Source: Eutreptiella sp. 'Long Island Sound 2002' (taxonomy: Eukaryota > Protista > Euglenida). From it: a DNA stretch of 64,000 nucleotides. A program made the translations under genes and the position numbers. The stretch covers positions 5,084,001 to 5,148,000 of the forward strand of contig OZ038378.1 in the NCBI GenBank assembly GCA_964036045.1, read 5' to 3'. The notes under the pieces are model-generated. The model was not told the origin of the DNA. It saw only the letters and a list, made by a program, of their open reading frames with translations, and ran no database searches. Positions 22,790 to 34,479 of the stretch are shown here, piece by piece; the stretch's first letter is position 1; every line of letters begins with the position of its first letter.

Positions 22790-24019
22790 CCCCACCGTCC
22801 CCCAAACCCGACCGGGCCGTTGGCTGTAGACCCTAGCCTTAGCCCGTGCCTCCACAACCATATCACACACACACCCCCGCCCTGCCCAACGGCTGACACA
22901 GTCAGCAGGGTTAAGGGTGCTCTCGACATACCTTAACCCTATTGACACGCCCTACCAACACAGCCCCGCAACAGTGCTTTGTCCGCAGATCGTTCTCAGC
23001 AAGAGATGGAGCGGCCCGAAAGTGCAAGCCCTCAGCCGACCCTGTCGCCATCACCGGAGCAGGGACAGTGCAGGGGGAACTGGTCCCCGCCCCACGATAG
23101 CCCAGATCCTCTGAGGCCGCGCCTCTACCCTGCTGGTGGCCCAACAGCGGATCTTGCGACGCGTCGCGCATAGCTGCACCAGGCCAGGTGCCTAGTGCCA
23201 GCCAAACGGTACGCGGCATAGGTGGTGCTAGCTGCCACCACCCGAACCGCTCCAGCCATTGCAGGGGGCAAGTGCACGCTCCAATAGCAGCTGCAATAGC
23301 ACTTTCGGCAGGCGCTGGCGCCCATGTTGTCCATTACCAGGTCCACAAGCTTGCAACCTAAATTGTGCGCAACATCAAGCGCACACAAAACCCCGAACAA
23401 CTCAATTGACTGCTGGCTAACGGATAACCAGCCCTTCAGAGCTCCAAACCCCTACAAAGAACCCTCGAGGCGCACAAGGACAAGCGGCTGCATCAGTGTA
23501 CACGCGAATAGTCGGACCTTCAGTCGGCTGCGGTTCCCACACCCGACCCTTTGCTGCAATTGCCTCCAACAGGCCCCTACACATAGCAAATGGAACACAG
23601 CGCGCGGAGGGGTCCCAGGCGAAACCACGCTCGCGCACCCGCAAGGAAACACCCTACCGAGAAACTAGGGTGCGCCAGCCAACCTATGCGCCTTAACAAC
23701 CTTTGCAGGGGCTTGCGTGTGTAGCGGGACAGGCTGCATGCAATCGAGCGGCCCACTATGTCCGCCAGCCCCGAAGGCTTGTGCGCCACGCGGGGCCTAT
23801 GCAGGTTGACTTGCTTCCCCATCCACGTGAGGGACTGGTGGCATCCAAGACGGACTTAGGGCTGACGAGGAAACCTTTACGGTCCAAGTGTGCCGCCGTG
23901 TCATGTGCCACTTGAGTGGTCGGCAGGCGGTCCCAACCCACAAAGAGGATGTCATCCACATACTGAACAATGACGACTTGTGTGTCAGGGAGTTCAGATA
24001 ACATGGCCCCAATAAGGTG
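22790..24019 (-). pseudogene. RT/RNase H region of the YR retrotransposon (frameshifted, internally rearranged)
   Basis: YVDD block 24019-23317; RT motifs CYWSVHLPP and VPFGWH*APGLVQ at 23316-23173; RNase H C-terminus at ~23030-22870. Confidence 0.8.
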
Positions 24020-24369
24020 CCGGCGGACCTTGGGCCTGCACAACCGAACCCGAACGCGAACGCGGGGCCCGTGTTGTGCCTTGTTGGCGGCCCGGAGCGC
24101 GCGCACGTTGTTCCCGTTCTTCCGGGGCCACTCCACGATTCGTGCCAGAGGCTCCTAGTACCACATCGTCGGAGTCACCCCCCTCGTCATCACTGTGGAC
24201 AATGATGATAATAGGGGAGCCTGAAGCGTCGGGGGCTGTGCGCCGCCCGAGGGCGCCTGCAGGCTGGACCGAGGATAGGGGCAGTGTGGTAGTGCGTGCA
24301 ACTGGGTGTGGCCAGGGGGTTGGTCCGGGAGCTCGAATTCCCAGTCTGGTCCTAGGATTGCGTACTCCC

Positions 24370-25110
24370 ATGCTTGTCGCTGCGACGTCTACCTTCTCCA
24401 TATGCATACGGCAATGATGGGGGCACCGAGCGCAACCACGGCTCTCTGCGGCCTCTAGCAGTGCCAAGCAACTCCCGCCCATGGGGTGCCCCACAGGACC
24501 AAGTGCATACGGCGTTCGAGCTCTGCCTCCGTGAAGAGTGGCAGGTATTGGCCTCTGCGCTGGACGATCCCGCACGCCAGCATGGCTTGTCGCCACCGCT
24601 CCGCCCATACTCCGAGCCTGGCAGGGATCCATCGTCTTTTGGTCTTGCGATCATAGAAATTGATCCAATTCGGCTGGCTAATGTCGATCTTGCGTATGCT
24701 GGCGGCCTCCCCGACCCGAAGGCCGTGGCAGACACTGAAGATGGCGAGGGTGAGGACGGCAAAGTCGGTCTCCAAGCGTACAGCCGTGGCCATGGTTCGG
24801 AGCATACCCAAAGTTCCCCAGACCTGGCTAGGTTCGGAGTTGTACGCCCGACCCAGTGGATGGGGCCCACGGTGGGCCATAGTAGCTGGAGCTTTTCGGC
24901 CATGCGAACAGCTGATATGGTGCCCCGTAAGCCCGCTGAGGACCTGCCCGTTGCTGCCAGGTGCACCAGGGGCCGTGCAAGGGCGTCTGCCCGCGACTGT
25001 TCCGTGTACAAAAGCCCTGCACGACCGACGCCTCTGAGTTCCCGCACCCAGGCAAAAACCGTGCTCTCCGCCCATCGCTGTAGAGCCAAGGCCCAGGGCT
25101 CAGTGGCGAA
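24370..25110 (-). pseudogene. Tyrosine recombinase of the retrotransposon (degenerate)
   Basis: N-terminal part ...ESTVFAWVRELR...LRGTISAVRMAEKL; catalytic region LAIFSVCHGLRVGEAASIR...FYDRKTK...WHC*R; frameshifts. Confidence 0.8.
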
Positions 25111-25299
25111 GTCCGCGGCCCACGGGTCGTACACCCTCGTGGCCACGGCATGGAGCTCAGCTGCTGTGCCCTGACCCCCTTTCCCCTCCCCCTCCCCTAG
25201 GTTTGCCAGGGGCGGCAGGTCGCCGGGCGCCGGGGGGGGGGGGGGGCACCCCCCGCCCCTAGCAAAGGGGCTGCTGGGGCAGGGGGCCCGGCTGAGGGG

Positions 25300-27440
25300 C
25301 CGGCTGCTGCTGCTGGGGCTGCTATGACCCAGCGGGGCAGGGGTGGAACGACCAATGCATACCGTTGCACTGCACGCAGGGGTAGGGGGGCGGCCCACGG
25401 GCGTTGTACGTGCAGCCGGTGCTGAACGCGATGTATAGGGTCTGGTCCCCCTGTACGGAGAACCCACCCGCCGGGCGCCCACACGGGGCCTGCACCTGGG
25501 CCTGTACCAGTTGCCACTGTGGCTGCGACTGCTGGGACGACTAGGATTGCTGCGGTGTCCACTCGCGCGCCCAGTGGCCGTGCATACCACACTTGAAGCA
25601 AGCCCCAGGGGGAGCCACCTTTGGGGCTTGCGGCGTTTGCTGGCGGGCCGGGAAATCGCCAGCCTTAAGGGGGAATCTTTGCTTTGCGCGCGCACTGCGC
25701 GCTACTTTTAGCCTATGTTCCCCCCGAAGAGCCCCCAAGCACACCCCTTGGAAACGCCCTTAGAATTAGGTGACCCAAACTGCCCCAGCTCAAGAAAGTT
25801 GCAAACCACCTTCCCTGAACATAACACACATCATGCACATTTGGAAAGGCCATGAACAGCGCATTGGTCGCCACCCTCAAGAACACACAACTGTCTTTCT
25901 GGTCCATTGTCAACTAAGTACACATTGAGAATACGCAACTTGTGTGCACAACATGACACAGTTGCAGAATCAAAGAAATGTCACACTGTCACATGTGTGC
26001 GTGTCAATGCAATCCGTACAATATTGCAATTCACACTTGTCACACATGGACATCTTTTCAGGGTCAAACTTGGTGCAACAAAGGGCACAAACATCCCCAT
26101 CATCACCCACAACATCCTCATCATCATTGTCCTCCTGTGTAGGTGCGGTCCATACATGTGCAGGTACGTGTTCCCATGGACCATATGGAGGGTACCGTAC
26201 CTGTCTTCGAATCAAAAATTGCTGCAAATGCAAGAGTCCGGTTTCCTCAATAGCACCGGAAGGTTGGGGCCCAAAAGAGGGCGGAAATGCTACGTCACCC
26301 CTGCATTCTCGGGGGTCCCCAAAAGAAGGGGAACAAAATCAGAAGTCAAAACCTAGGCCAAGGGTCACCATGATGCACCACGCAACAAAGCGTGGATTCA
26401 AAGATTGTCCCGGTTTCCTCAATAGCACCGGAAGGTTGGGGCCCAAAAGAGGGCGGAAATGCTATGTCACCCCTGCATTCTCGGGGGTCCCCAAAAGAAG
26501 GGGAACAAAATCAGAAGTCAAAACCTACGCTAGGGGTCACCATGATGCCCCTAGGGGCCCCTAGTATCACAAAGTATGGGTCCCTAGTACGGCCAGACGC
26601 CCAAATAGTTGCACTGCGCGCGCACTGCGCGCACTGCGCTTAAGGCTCCCCCTAAGCCCCAGCGTTGCCGACAGGGCTGCCCAAGTTCCGTCGGCGACTG
26701 TAGTGGCCACCTCAGAGTGCCCATACCCATGCCGGGGCGCCTCGGTCCTCGGGAAGATCACGAGCGCCTCCACCAGTTGACGTTGCCAGGCGTAATGCAC
26801 TTGGGTGTTCGCCACCCGCTACGGCTCTCCCAGTGAAAGAGGTGGAGTGGATGGGCCCCGGAGCTGCCACAATCGGGCCTCAAGGGCAGCTATTTCAGCG
26901 CGGATCTAGTCAACGGGTTGCTGCAGTGGGGCTGCCACGGTCGGCCCCCCTGGCGCCGCATTCTGGGCAGGGGCCGGGGCCGGGGGCTTGATGCGGCACC
27001 ACTCCCCCGCGACCACATCCAAGCGCCAACGCGCACGATTGTGTAGAGGGCCATCATTAGGAGCGCCTCGTGCGGCTCAGATGATGGGGCCGCCCATTCA
27101 GTGGCCATATCCACCCCAGCCCGATCTAAGCCGCGATGCATGAGCTCGGCATGGTACTCCCCAACCTTCTTCGCGGCTAGGTCATCCCCAATAAAGGCAC
27201 GAAAGGCGGCCGCCACATGGTCCCTCCACTGTGCCCATTTTTCATAGGATTCGCTGACCGCTTGGGGCATTTCCACGTCCCCGGCGAACGCGCACTTGGC
27301 ACGTTTAGCATTCGGTTGCTCCTGTGCCGGCTTGCTCGCGGGGGCTGTGTCGCCTCCTGCCACGGCTGCATAGCCTGCACCTGCAGCTTCATCAGCCTCT
27401 TGGACAAGCGACTCCAACTGGTTTGGCGATAAATGAGCAT
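25300..27440 (-). pseudogene. gag-like ORF of the YR retrotransposon, split by a Harbinger insertion
   Basis: Removing 25669-26652 plus one TAA restores ATLGL|KAGDFPARQQ...GACFKCGMHGHWARE. A second knuckle-like motif CVQCNGMHWSFHPC follows. Confidence 0.7.
25669..26652 (-). mobile_element. Non-autonomous PIF/Harbinger derivative with TAA TSD
   Basis: TAA at 25666-25668 and 26653-26655; termini GGGGGA.. / ..TCCCCC; left end matches the transposase-bearing copy at 27878; contains a Cys-rich ORF fragment (25970-26233) and a 171-bp internal tandem duplication. Confidence 0.85.
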
Positions 27441-27877
27441 GACAACGGGAACTGGTCCCAAGCAATACAAAGAACACTTCACTGAAGCAGGGGGGATGGC
27501 TATCTGGAACTGTCCCGACCTGTGACCTGGTCTCCCCCCCCCCCCCCCGAGACAAAACCTAGGTTATTGCCAACCTCGGGCTGAAGTGCAAGGTAGAGCA
27601 CTATATACCATTGTATCCTTGTGCATACAAGAAGACCAATATTATTCTAGTCTAATCTAGTCTAGAACTTGAGATTGGATCACCTTTAGATTAGAACCAA
27701 AAAAAAATCCATCACTTCTAGAACCGTTGTTTTTCCATAACATTGGTTTGCCTTTTATTTTTCCGGGCAATTTTCTATGCGTTGTTTGTTTGTGGGTGTG
27801 GTATTCCTCCCCCTCGGCCGCAATGTGGAACATTTCACGAATGGAGCCAGCTTGGAGATGCTAAATCTTGAGGCCAA

Positions 27878-28330
27878 GGGGGCGTCCTTGCACTGCGCGC
27901 TACTTTTACACTAGCCCCCCCCCTGAAGAGCCCCCAAGCACACCCTTCCAAACGCCCCTAAATTTAGGTCACCCAAACTACCATGGCTGAAGACAAATGC
28001 AAGCTACCTTCCCTCCACATAAGACATCATGCGAAATGCGGATAGAAACCATGTACATCGTTGTATTCCTTTTGGCGGTCCGTCAAAGTCTTTCCACCGA
28101 TAAAGGGCCATGCCACATGGAGGCGCCCCTTGTATGCACCATCCATGAAGCCAATCTCAAAATCAATACAATGTCCCTTGCTCCTTTTCGGCCCTTCGCG
28201 ATCCCAAATCAGAACATCCGCCGATGTCCTGGGGGCCAACGAACATATCCAAACGATGTTCCCAAGGCTATCAATGGCAACTGTTACTTTGTACACACAA
28301 GCGGCATATCACGACATCACAAAGGATGCC
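27878..28330 (-). mobile_element. PIF/Harbinger element fragment with DDE transposase (DDE_Tnp_4-like)
   Basis: ORF 28027-28296: YKVTVAIDSLGNIVWI...SADVLIW...MDGAYKG...LTDRQKEYNDVH, typical of the Harbinger core. Terminus GGGGGCGTCCTTGCACTGCGCGCTACTTTT is shared with the 25669 copy. Confidence 0.8.
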
Positions 28331-28808
28331 TCTACCTTCTCGGGGGCCCAAAAGAGGGCGGAAATGCTACGCAACCCTGCATTCTTGGGGATCCCCAAAC
28401 AAAGGGGGAGAAAATCAGAATTGGTTGCCTCACACCTGCCTTCTCGGGGGCCCACAAGAGGGCGGAAATGCTACGTCACCCCTGCATTCTCGGGGATCCC
28501 CAAACAAAGGGGGACAAAATCAGAATTGGCTGCCTCACCCTTGCCTTCTCGGCTAGACCTAGACCTAGACCTCAACCTAGAAAAGCGTGGATGTGGTGGA
28601 GTTGAGCAAAAAAGTGTGAAAAGGGGTGGAAATGCGTGAAATTGGGTGAAAATCCAAAAATGCCATATCTCCAATGGGGACAAAACATCAAAACCTACAC
28701 TAACAGAGGAATTGGAATTAGGACTTGATTTGTCATTGGTTGACTCACAGCTAGAGCTGGAGTCTGATTCAAATGCACCCGCGAAGGCAAGGGTGATGTA
28801 GCCACATT

Positions 28809-28900
28809 GGGGGCTCTAAGCGCAATGCGCGCGCAGTGCAACTATTTGGGCGTTTGGCCGTACTAGAGACCCACACCTTGAGATACTAGGGGCATCATTG
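28809..28900. mobile_element. Isolated Harbinger-family terminus (another at ~29373-29410)
   Basis: GGGGGCTCTAAGCGCA...GCGCAGTGCAACTATTTGGGCG is the reverse complement of the 26550-26652 end. Confidence 0.7.
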
Positions 28901-29719
28901 TTGCCCCTTTGACATCGGCCTCTCAATTGTCGGTGCCAGCAGGAGACCAACGTGGGGCGCTACATCTCCCCATTTTTTTTGTTGCTATGGGATGTAGCTA
29001 GAATTGACCTGACATAAATAGGCCACCCCCCCCCCCCCGTGGAAGTTCCACTATATTTGCCACGATCTATGACCATTTTCAACACCACATCACGGGAACC
29101 CCAGAGGGGGCGGGGGTAGAAAGGGGGCTCGAAGGACCCCCTCCCCCCCGCGCATGCAAGTCAATTTTTGTCCACCCTTGGGTTCCTCGCAAGGGGCATG
29201 CCCTCCATCCAATCCACTGCCAACCGCATCCATTGGGTGACTCGCTCTTCCTCAAGAAAACCTGACAAGGCTGTCAACGAGAGCTTTGGCACCTCCATAT
29301 CCTTCTTGACTCATGTCCAGTCAAGCTCCTGCCAAAGGCACTCAATCTCATGCGCCTAATCCACACCATCTTGGGGGGCGCGCTCAGCGCAGTGCAACTA
29401 TTTGGGCATCAGGCGTTGCTAGACCCCCCCCCCGTCCTTTACAGGGCCCAAATGAACCATCCCCCCCCCCCTCCATGCGCAAGCCAATTTTCCAAATGCC
29501 TAAGACTGTGACCATGTGGGTCACCCAGTCACCCAAAGGAGTAGAGGTGCTAGAGATCACATGCTAGCCTACCGCATTTGGTGAGTTGTGTGCAAATCTC
29601 ATAGTGCCTACATGACCGGGTAGAATGCCAGGGCGGGAACCGACCACGTATAATGGTGGGGACCCTACCTCGAGGTCATACCATACCTCTGTGCTAGCAT
29701 GCACAGTGTTAGATGCTCC

Positions 29720-30720
29720 GCCCCCCTTACCTTGCCACATTGCTCTACACTACTCTACACTATCTCCCTTGGTCCACATGGCTCTACACTTTTGTACACT
29801 GCATTTTAGTTCTACACACAACTGCTCCACATTACTCTACGATTCTCTACGTTGCTCTATTTTGCCTGACAATGCTTTGCACTGGTGTACAGTGCTCTAA
29901 ATGCATGTTAGCTTTGCTCACATGAGTCCAGACTACTGTATGGTGCTTGTGCTCTGCACTGCTCCCCGCTGCTCTAGACTGCATTTAAAGCATGCACACA
30001 AATATTATACTCTATTATACACGTTCCGCACTGCTCCAAAGCAGTCCACACAACTCTACAATCATCTACACTACATTTTAGCTCTGCACAATACTGCTCT
30101 ACACTACTCGATAAAGCTTGCCACTATGTTAAATCAGAGCAATCTGGGTTCAAGTGGGCAAACACTCACAACAAATGTGTCCATGACTGTGACTCTGTGA
30201 CTCGCAAATCCGTCACCAAACCCAAGTCTTATGTGGCTGCACTACGTTTGGTACCAAACTAAAATTAGGTCCCAAATTAATACGGTCCCTACGCCTACTG
30301 TAGCTTGGACAAGGGCGTAGCTTATACAGGGGGGGGGGGGGGTACTCTGCTCTACACTCGCCACCACTGCTCTACACTACTCCACACTGCATTTTGGCTC
30401 TCCACACAACCACTCTATGTTGACACTGTTGTACACTACTCTACACTGCTCCACACTATGTTTTAGCTCTGCATGTAACTGTTGCACACCGCTCTACATT
30501 GCTGTGCACTGCTCCACAATGCATTATAGCATTGCACACAACGGCTCTACACTGGTCTAGCACTGGTCCACACTGCTATACACTGGTGGGCACTACTCTA
30601 CACGGCATTTTAGCCCTACACAGAACTACTGTACACTGCTCTGCACTGCTCCACATGGTGTTTTAGCTCTGCACACAACTGCTCTACGATGCTCAATACT
30701 GCAGTATCACGCTGGACACT
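29720..30720. repeat. Degenerate CTCTACACTG-based satellite-like tract
   Basis: Dozens of variants of ctctacac/tgctccacac; a related inverted stretch at ~37690-37780. Confidence 0.7.
30130..30342. mobile_element. Left-truncated copy of the TA-TSD MITE at 37790-38188
   Basis: ~210 bp nearly identical to 37980-38188, ending GGCGTAGCTTATACAG(G)n|TA. Confidence 0.8.
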
Positions 30721-30839
30721 ATATCTTGGCTCTGCAAGAAACTTGCTGGAATTGCAGCTACATTTTCAGCGCACAATAAAACTGCAGCAATTGCAGCCTC
30801 ATCTCAGGATTACAAACCAAGAAGAAAATGCTGTTTCGT

Positions 30840-31170
30840 TGGGTCACCAATATAGTCCTATTAATTCTAATCAACAAGCAAAAGAAGAGGAAAAAAAATA
30901 AAAAAAACAAGTTAACAAAACAAAGAAACCAACAAAAAAACAAACGACAACCAATTAACAAACAAACAAACAAACGAAGAAGAACACAACGAAAAAACGA
31001 ACCAACAGAAACACACAACAAATAAAACAACGGAAACTAACACAACAGCAAAACAAATTTGCAAACTGGCAAACACACAAATAGCAAGAAACTGACAAAA
31101 AGACAGAGACAAATTAACCAACAAACAAACCAACAAACAAACAAACAAACCAATTAACAAACAACATATG
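30840..31170. repeat. A/C-rich low-complexity tract (AAC/AAAC)
   Basis: Direct reading. Confidence 0.85.
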
Positions 31171-31270
31171 GCCAACAATCATGGCGGTCATTTGATTACT
31201 GAAAAAAACAACATTAAGCTGCCCTGGCATTTTGCATTCCAGGAGAACCTTAAAAGACACTGAGGGACCT

Positions 31271-33300
31271 TCACTGAATCAGGTGTTCTGGAACGAGGCA
31301 TTCAAGAATGCCTTGTTCTGCACCAAAAAAATCAGCATCCTCAAGAGACCCTAGGCAAGCTAAGCTTGTGTGGCACGCCTTGCAGCGGTGTCCTGGGCGC
31401 TCACTCTGATCCACTGGACAAGGTATTGGGTGTCTCTCAGCACACACTCCACACACTGTAGGTTGTTGACAAGCCAACAACAGACGCTGAGAAAGTGAGG
31501 TGTGTGTGTGGGTGGGGGGGGGGCTTCGCATCCCAGGAGCCGCAGAGACGAGCGGCCCGTGCCTCAGCCTTTTTTTTTCCAGTGCAGCCTGGGTTAGAAA
31601 CCTTTCCGCCTTGGTCTTTGTGTGCCACTCCTCGACAAGCACCATTGATACCCCTACTTCTGTGTGTCATCCCTGTAGGAAGAAAAGGGCCAATGCGGGA
31701 CAATGCGCAGGGGGCGGGGGTCACAACCACCTGTTGATTGCCGTGTTGTACAACCAGCACCCAGTACCATGTCTGTCTGAATGACCAGCCTATTGGTCGT
31801 AGTCAGTTGGGGGGGCAGTGGGGATGCAATTTTGGATGAGGGTGGAATATCCGTCACACTGCTACTACTTGCCAATTGTTTCCTTTGGCCTCTCATTTCA
31901 AGTGCAGTCTGGGCTGGAAACTTTCCCCTGTGATCACAGTGTGCCCACAAGCACCACTGGCAGTGGCGCATTGCTGAGAGTCTATACCACACTGCCCCCA
32001 GAGCATGGTCTTTCGGCGGGTCCGTAGGAGGTCTGTGCTCCATGCAAATTTGGATACTCCTTGCTTCCACGGTGCATCTGCTCTGCGGCTCTTGTAGAAA
32101 AGGGGGGGGGGGGCTTATGAAATTTGCCTCAATACTGTTGCTGCTCTTCCCTCCATTTCCAATGAAATGCAGTGCTCGACAAGTGCAGTTCGGCCACAAA
32201 AGACAGAGCACAGCCAGTGCGTGTATGAGTCCAGCATCGGTGGGTGGGTGATTGTGTGTGCTCGTCTAGCAAATGGAAATGGAAATGCAAGTAAGAGATG
32301 TGTAGGAAGATACAGCCTAGTGGATTCACCTGACTAGACAATCAGGACGAAATACCCACAGCCAAAGTGCAGAAGGGTGTTCAAACAGCACACGTTTGCG
32401 GCACAAAGCGCAGCAGTCGGTGGACTAATGGGTTGCAGTGGGCCATAAGGTATTGGGTGGGTTGAACAGGTAGAGTGGAAGTGATGGACGGGCGCAGCAC
32501 AGTGTGGTTGGGGTAGGGGGAGAGGGATGCTGCAGAACAGGGACACGTCAGGTATGATTTCATCTACCTCGCAATCACCGCATGCAGAGATCCAGGCCCT
32601 CCTGCACTTCTTACTTCCCACAGGGCATGGGTGCATTTCCAGTGACCCCAGCGGGTTCCTCCAGAAGCATGTCCAGTTGGCCTCGACAGGGGCTACCTGC
32701 ACTACCAATGCCTCTTTAACCCAAACTCTATGGGACACCCAGGACTCGGCTGCAGGGTGGGGTCTTCTGCATCCTGCGCATGCTCTGATGCCCAGGGCTC
32801 ACAGCATACTACATTGTCTGAAGGAGGCCTGCCCCCAGTGTGCCAGCGAATCTATAGCGGCAGGTTCATGGGAAACACAGTCATAACTTTCAGAATGGAG
32901 TCACAGCAGTACGCAAAAACGACCTTTAGACTCATGACTGTTAAACTGGCTGTAGAGCAGGGGAGCAATATTGTCATGGGGGTACTCTTGGACAAGCCAA
33001 CAATGCGGACAGGCGTACCCGCTGATCCTTTAAAAAAACTCGACACACACCAGAAACAGGCATAAATAGAGGCACAAATGTGCAATTCCCCAGACGCGGG
33101 CGAGGGCAGCCTGCATCGGCACTGTGTTGTATGGCTTGCTCCACATGAGTAACGCGTGCATGCGGTTGCCACTGCCTGCCTTAGTACGTTGGCTGTACAA
33201 CAAAAGACAACCCAGTGCCATAGGAAGGGATTTGAATACGCCTGCAGAGCTTATCTATCCTTTTTTTGAAGCCACAGGAAAATCAGGGCAATCGCTCACA
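31271..33300 (-). pseudogene. Degraded Cys-rich ORF, possibly KDZ/Zisupton-type transposon associated (CxC-like and PHD-like motifs)
   Basis: Pieces: FF*RISGYACPHC..PMTIL (CxC-like); VCGVCAERHP...CKACHTSLACLG (PHD-like); ~90-bp internal duplication at ~31570-31650 and ~31890-31975. Family assignment is weak. Confidence 0.3.
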
Positions 33301-33554
33301 TTCAAGAGAAAACACACAGACATGCACACAGCAATTTGTCTGCGCCTTGTTCTCAGGAAATGGCATCGTAGAACAAGAATCGAGAATAGCGAACAGCACT
33401 CAAAAACAGGACTGAGTTTATTGAGGTGCTCCGTGTTTAAAGTCAGTTTCCTTGCGCATGGGACTGTGTACCTGCGCAGGCAATCAACCATGAGGAAGTC
33501 GCTGCACCATTTGTGGAAGGCCCAATCCTTTTGAGGCCATTACCTCCGTGAAAT

Positions 33555-34213
33555 GGGTATTCGGTAATACTGAGTACCAGACAAGGGAAGACTGAGTAAA
33601 ATGGGGTAAAATTGGGTAGAAACGAGGCAAAACTGAGTGAAAATTTTCTTCCCAGGTTTTACCATAGCCCTCCTTTGTTTACTAAGTAACTTCACACTTT
33701 GATGGTAGGTGGTACTTTTGTTTCTGGGCAAAAAGCCCCCGGGTCGATGACTGGCCACTCGTGATAGTGGTGCCCCACCCAGGCCAAACCATCTTGCACA
33801 TGTGTGCTTGTATATCATAACTATAGAAGGAACATGAGCCACTTGAGGGCAAAATGACTACCTCACCCCCGCAGTCTTGGCGGTCACCAAAGCAGGGACC
33901 AGAAGAGGCGACATAACCCCTTCCGTCTTGGGGGCCACATGTGAGCAGAGTGATTACATAACCCCTGCCATCTTGGGGGTCCTCAATGTGGGGAGGAAAA
34001 GACCGTAACTTAGTTTGTACAAATAATTCTTACTCGGTTTTTACTGAGTAAAAAAAAGTGTTTTCTACTCCATTTTACTTAGTCCCAAAAAAAAAAACCA
34101 AGATATAGTAACACCAAGTAACAAAATATTGTTCACTCAGTTTAAAACCCGAGTAAAACCGAGTAAAAAGTCTTTGTGAAAAAATATTTCCTACTCGGTT
34201 TTACCACAGACCC
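33555..34213. mobile_element. MITE-like element with imperfect ~22-bp TIRs and ACTGAGTAAAA subrepeats
   Basis: GGGTATTCGGTAATACTGAGTA versus reverse complement of TACTCGGTTTTACCACAGACCC; many (A/C)C(T/C)GAGTAAAA motifs. Confidence 0.45.
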
Positions 34214-34479
34214 CCGGAAATGCCAGATTCATACTCACCACCGTAGGGGACACAGCCGACGACGGCAATAGAGAATATACAAAGCACCCTTTGGGAACAC
34301 TACACCTTTAGGCTTTCAAGGGGGTTACCCCCCCCCGCTATTGTCTGTTAACAGTGTGTCACTGCCACTGCAAACCAGGCCTTTTGCTTACAGTCCCGTG
34401 GGGCAATTTTTTGGTGGGAAGTTTAGGGGGCTATGTTTTGTTTTTCCCCTGTCAACACTGCTGGGCAAGGGGTAGCCAA

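Larger units (their letters stand above)
22740..27533 (-). mobile_element. Degenerate tyrosine-recombinase retrotransposon, domain order gag-YR-RT-RNaseH (VIPER/TATE-like)
   Basis: Zinc knuckle CFKCGMHGHWARE; YR box I CHGLRVGEAAS; RT QYVDDILFVG; RNase H VYTDA, ELFGV, DNMG, YVESTLNPAD. Many stops and frameshifts; ends approximate. Confidence 0.85.

Noticed and set aside
24352-25695. 447-aa ORF as a single protein
   Set aside because: GC-rich read-through across gag and YR frames; only its middle part corresponds to the YR N-terminus.
25665-26644. piggyBac insertion (TTAA near both ends)
   Set aside because: Ends lack CCY/RGG termini; the TAA TSD with GGGGGA/TCCCCC ends restores the gag frame exactly and matches Harbinger.
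29168-29359. Tc1-like IECLWQEL motif on the minus strand
   Set aside because: Too short; the preceding SPDLNP motif is absent.
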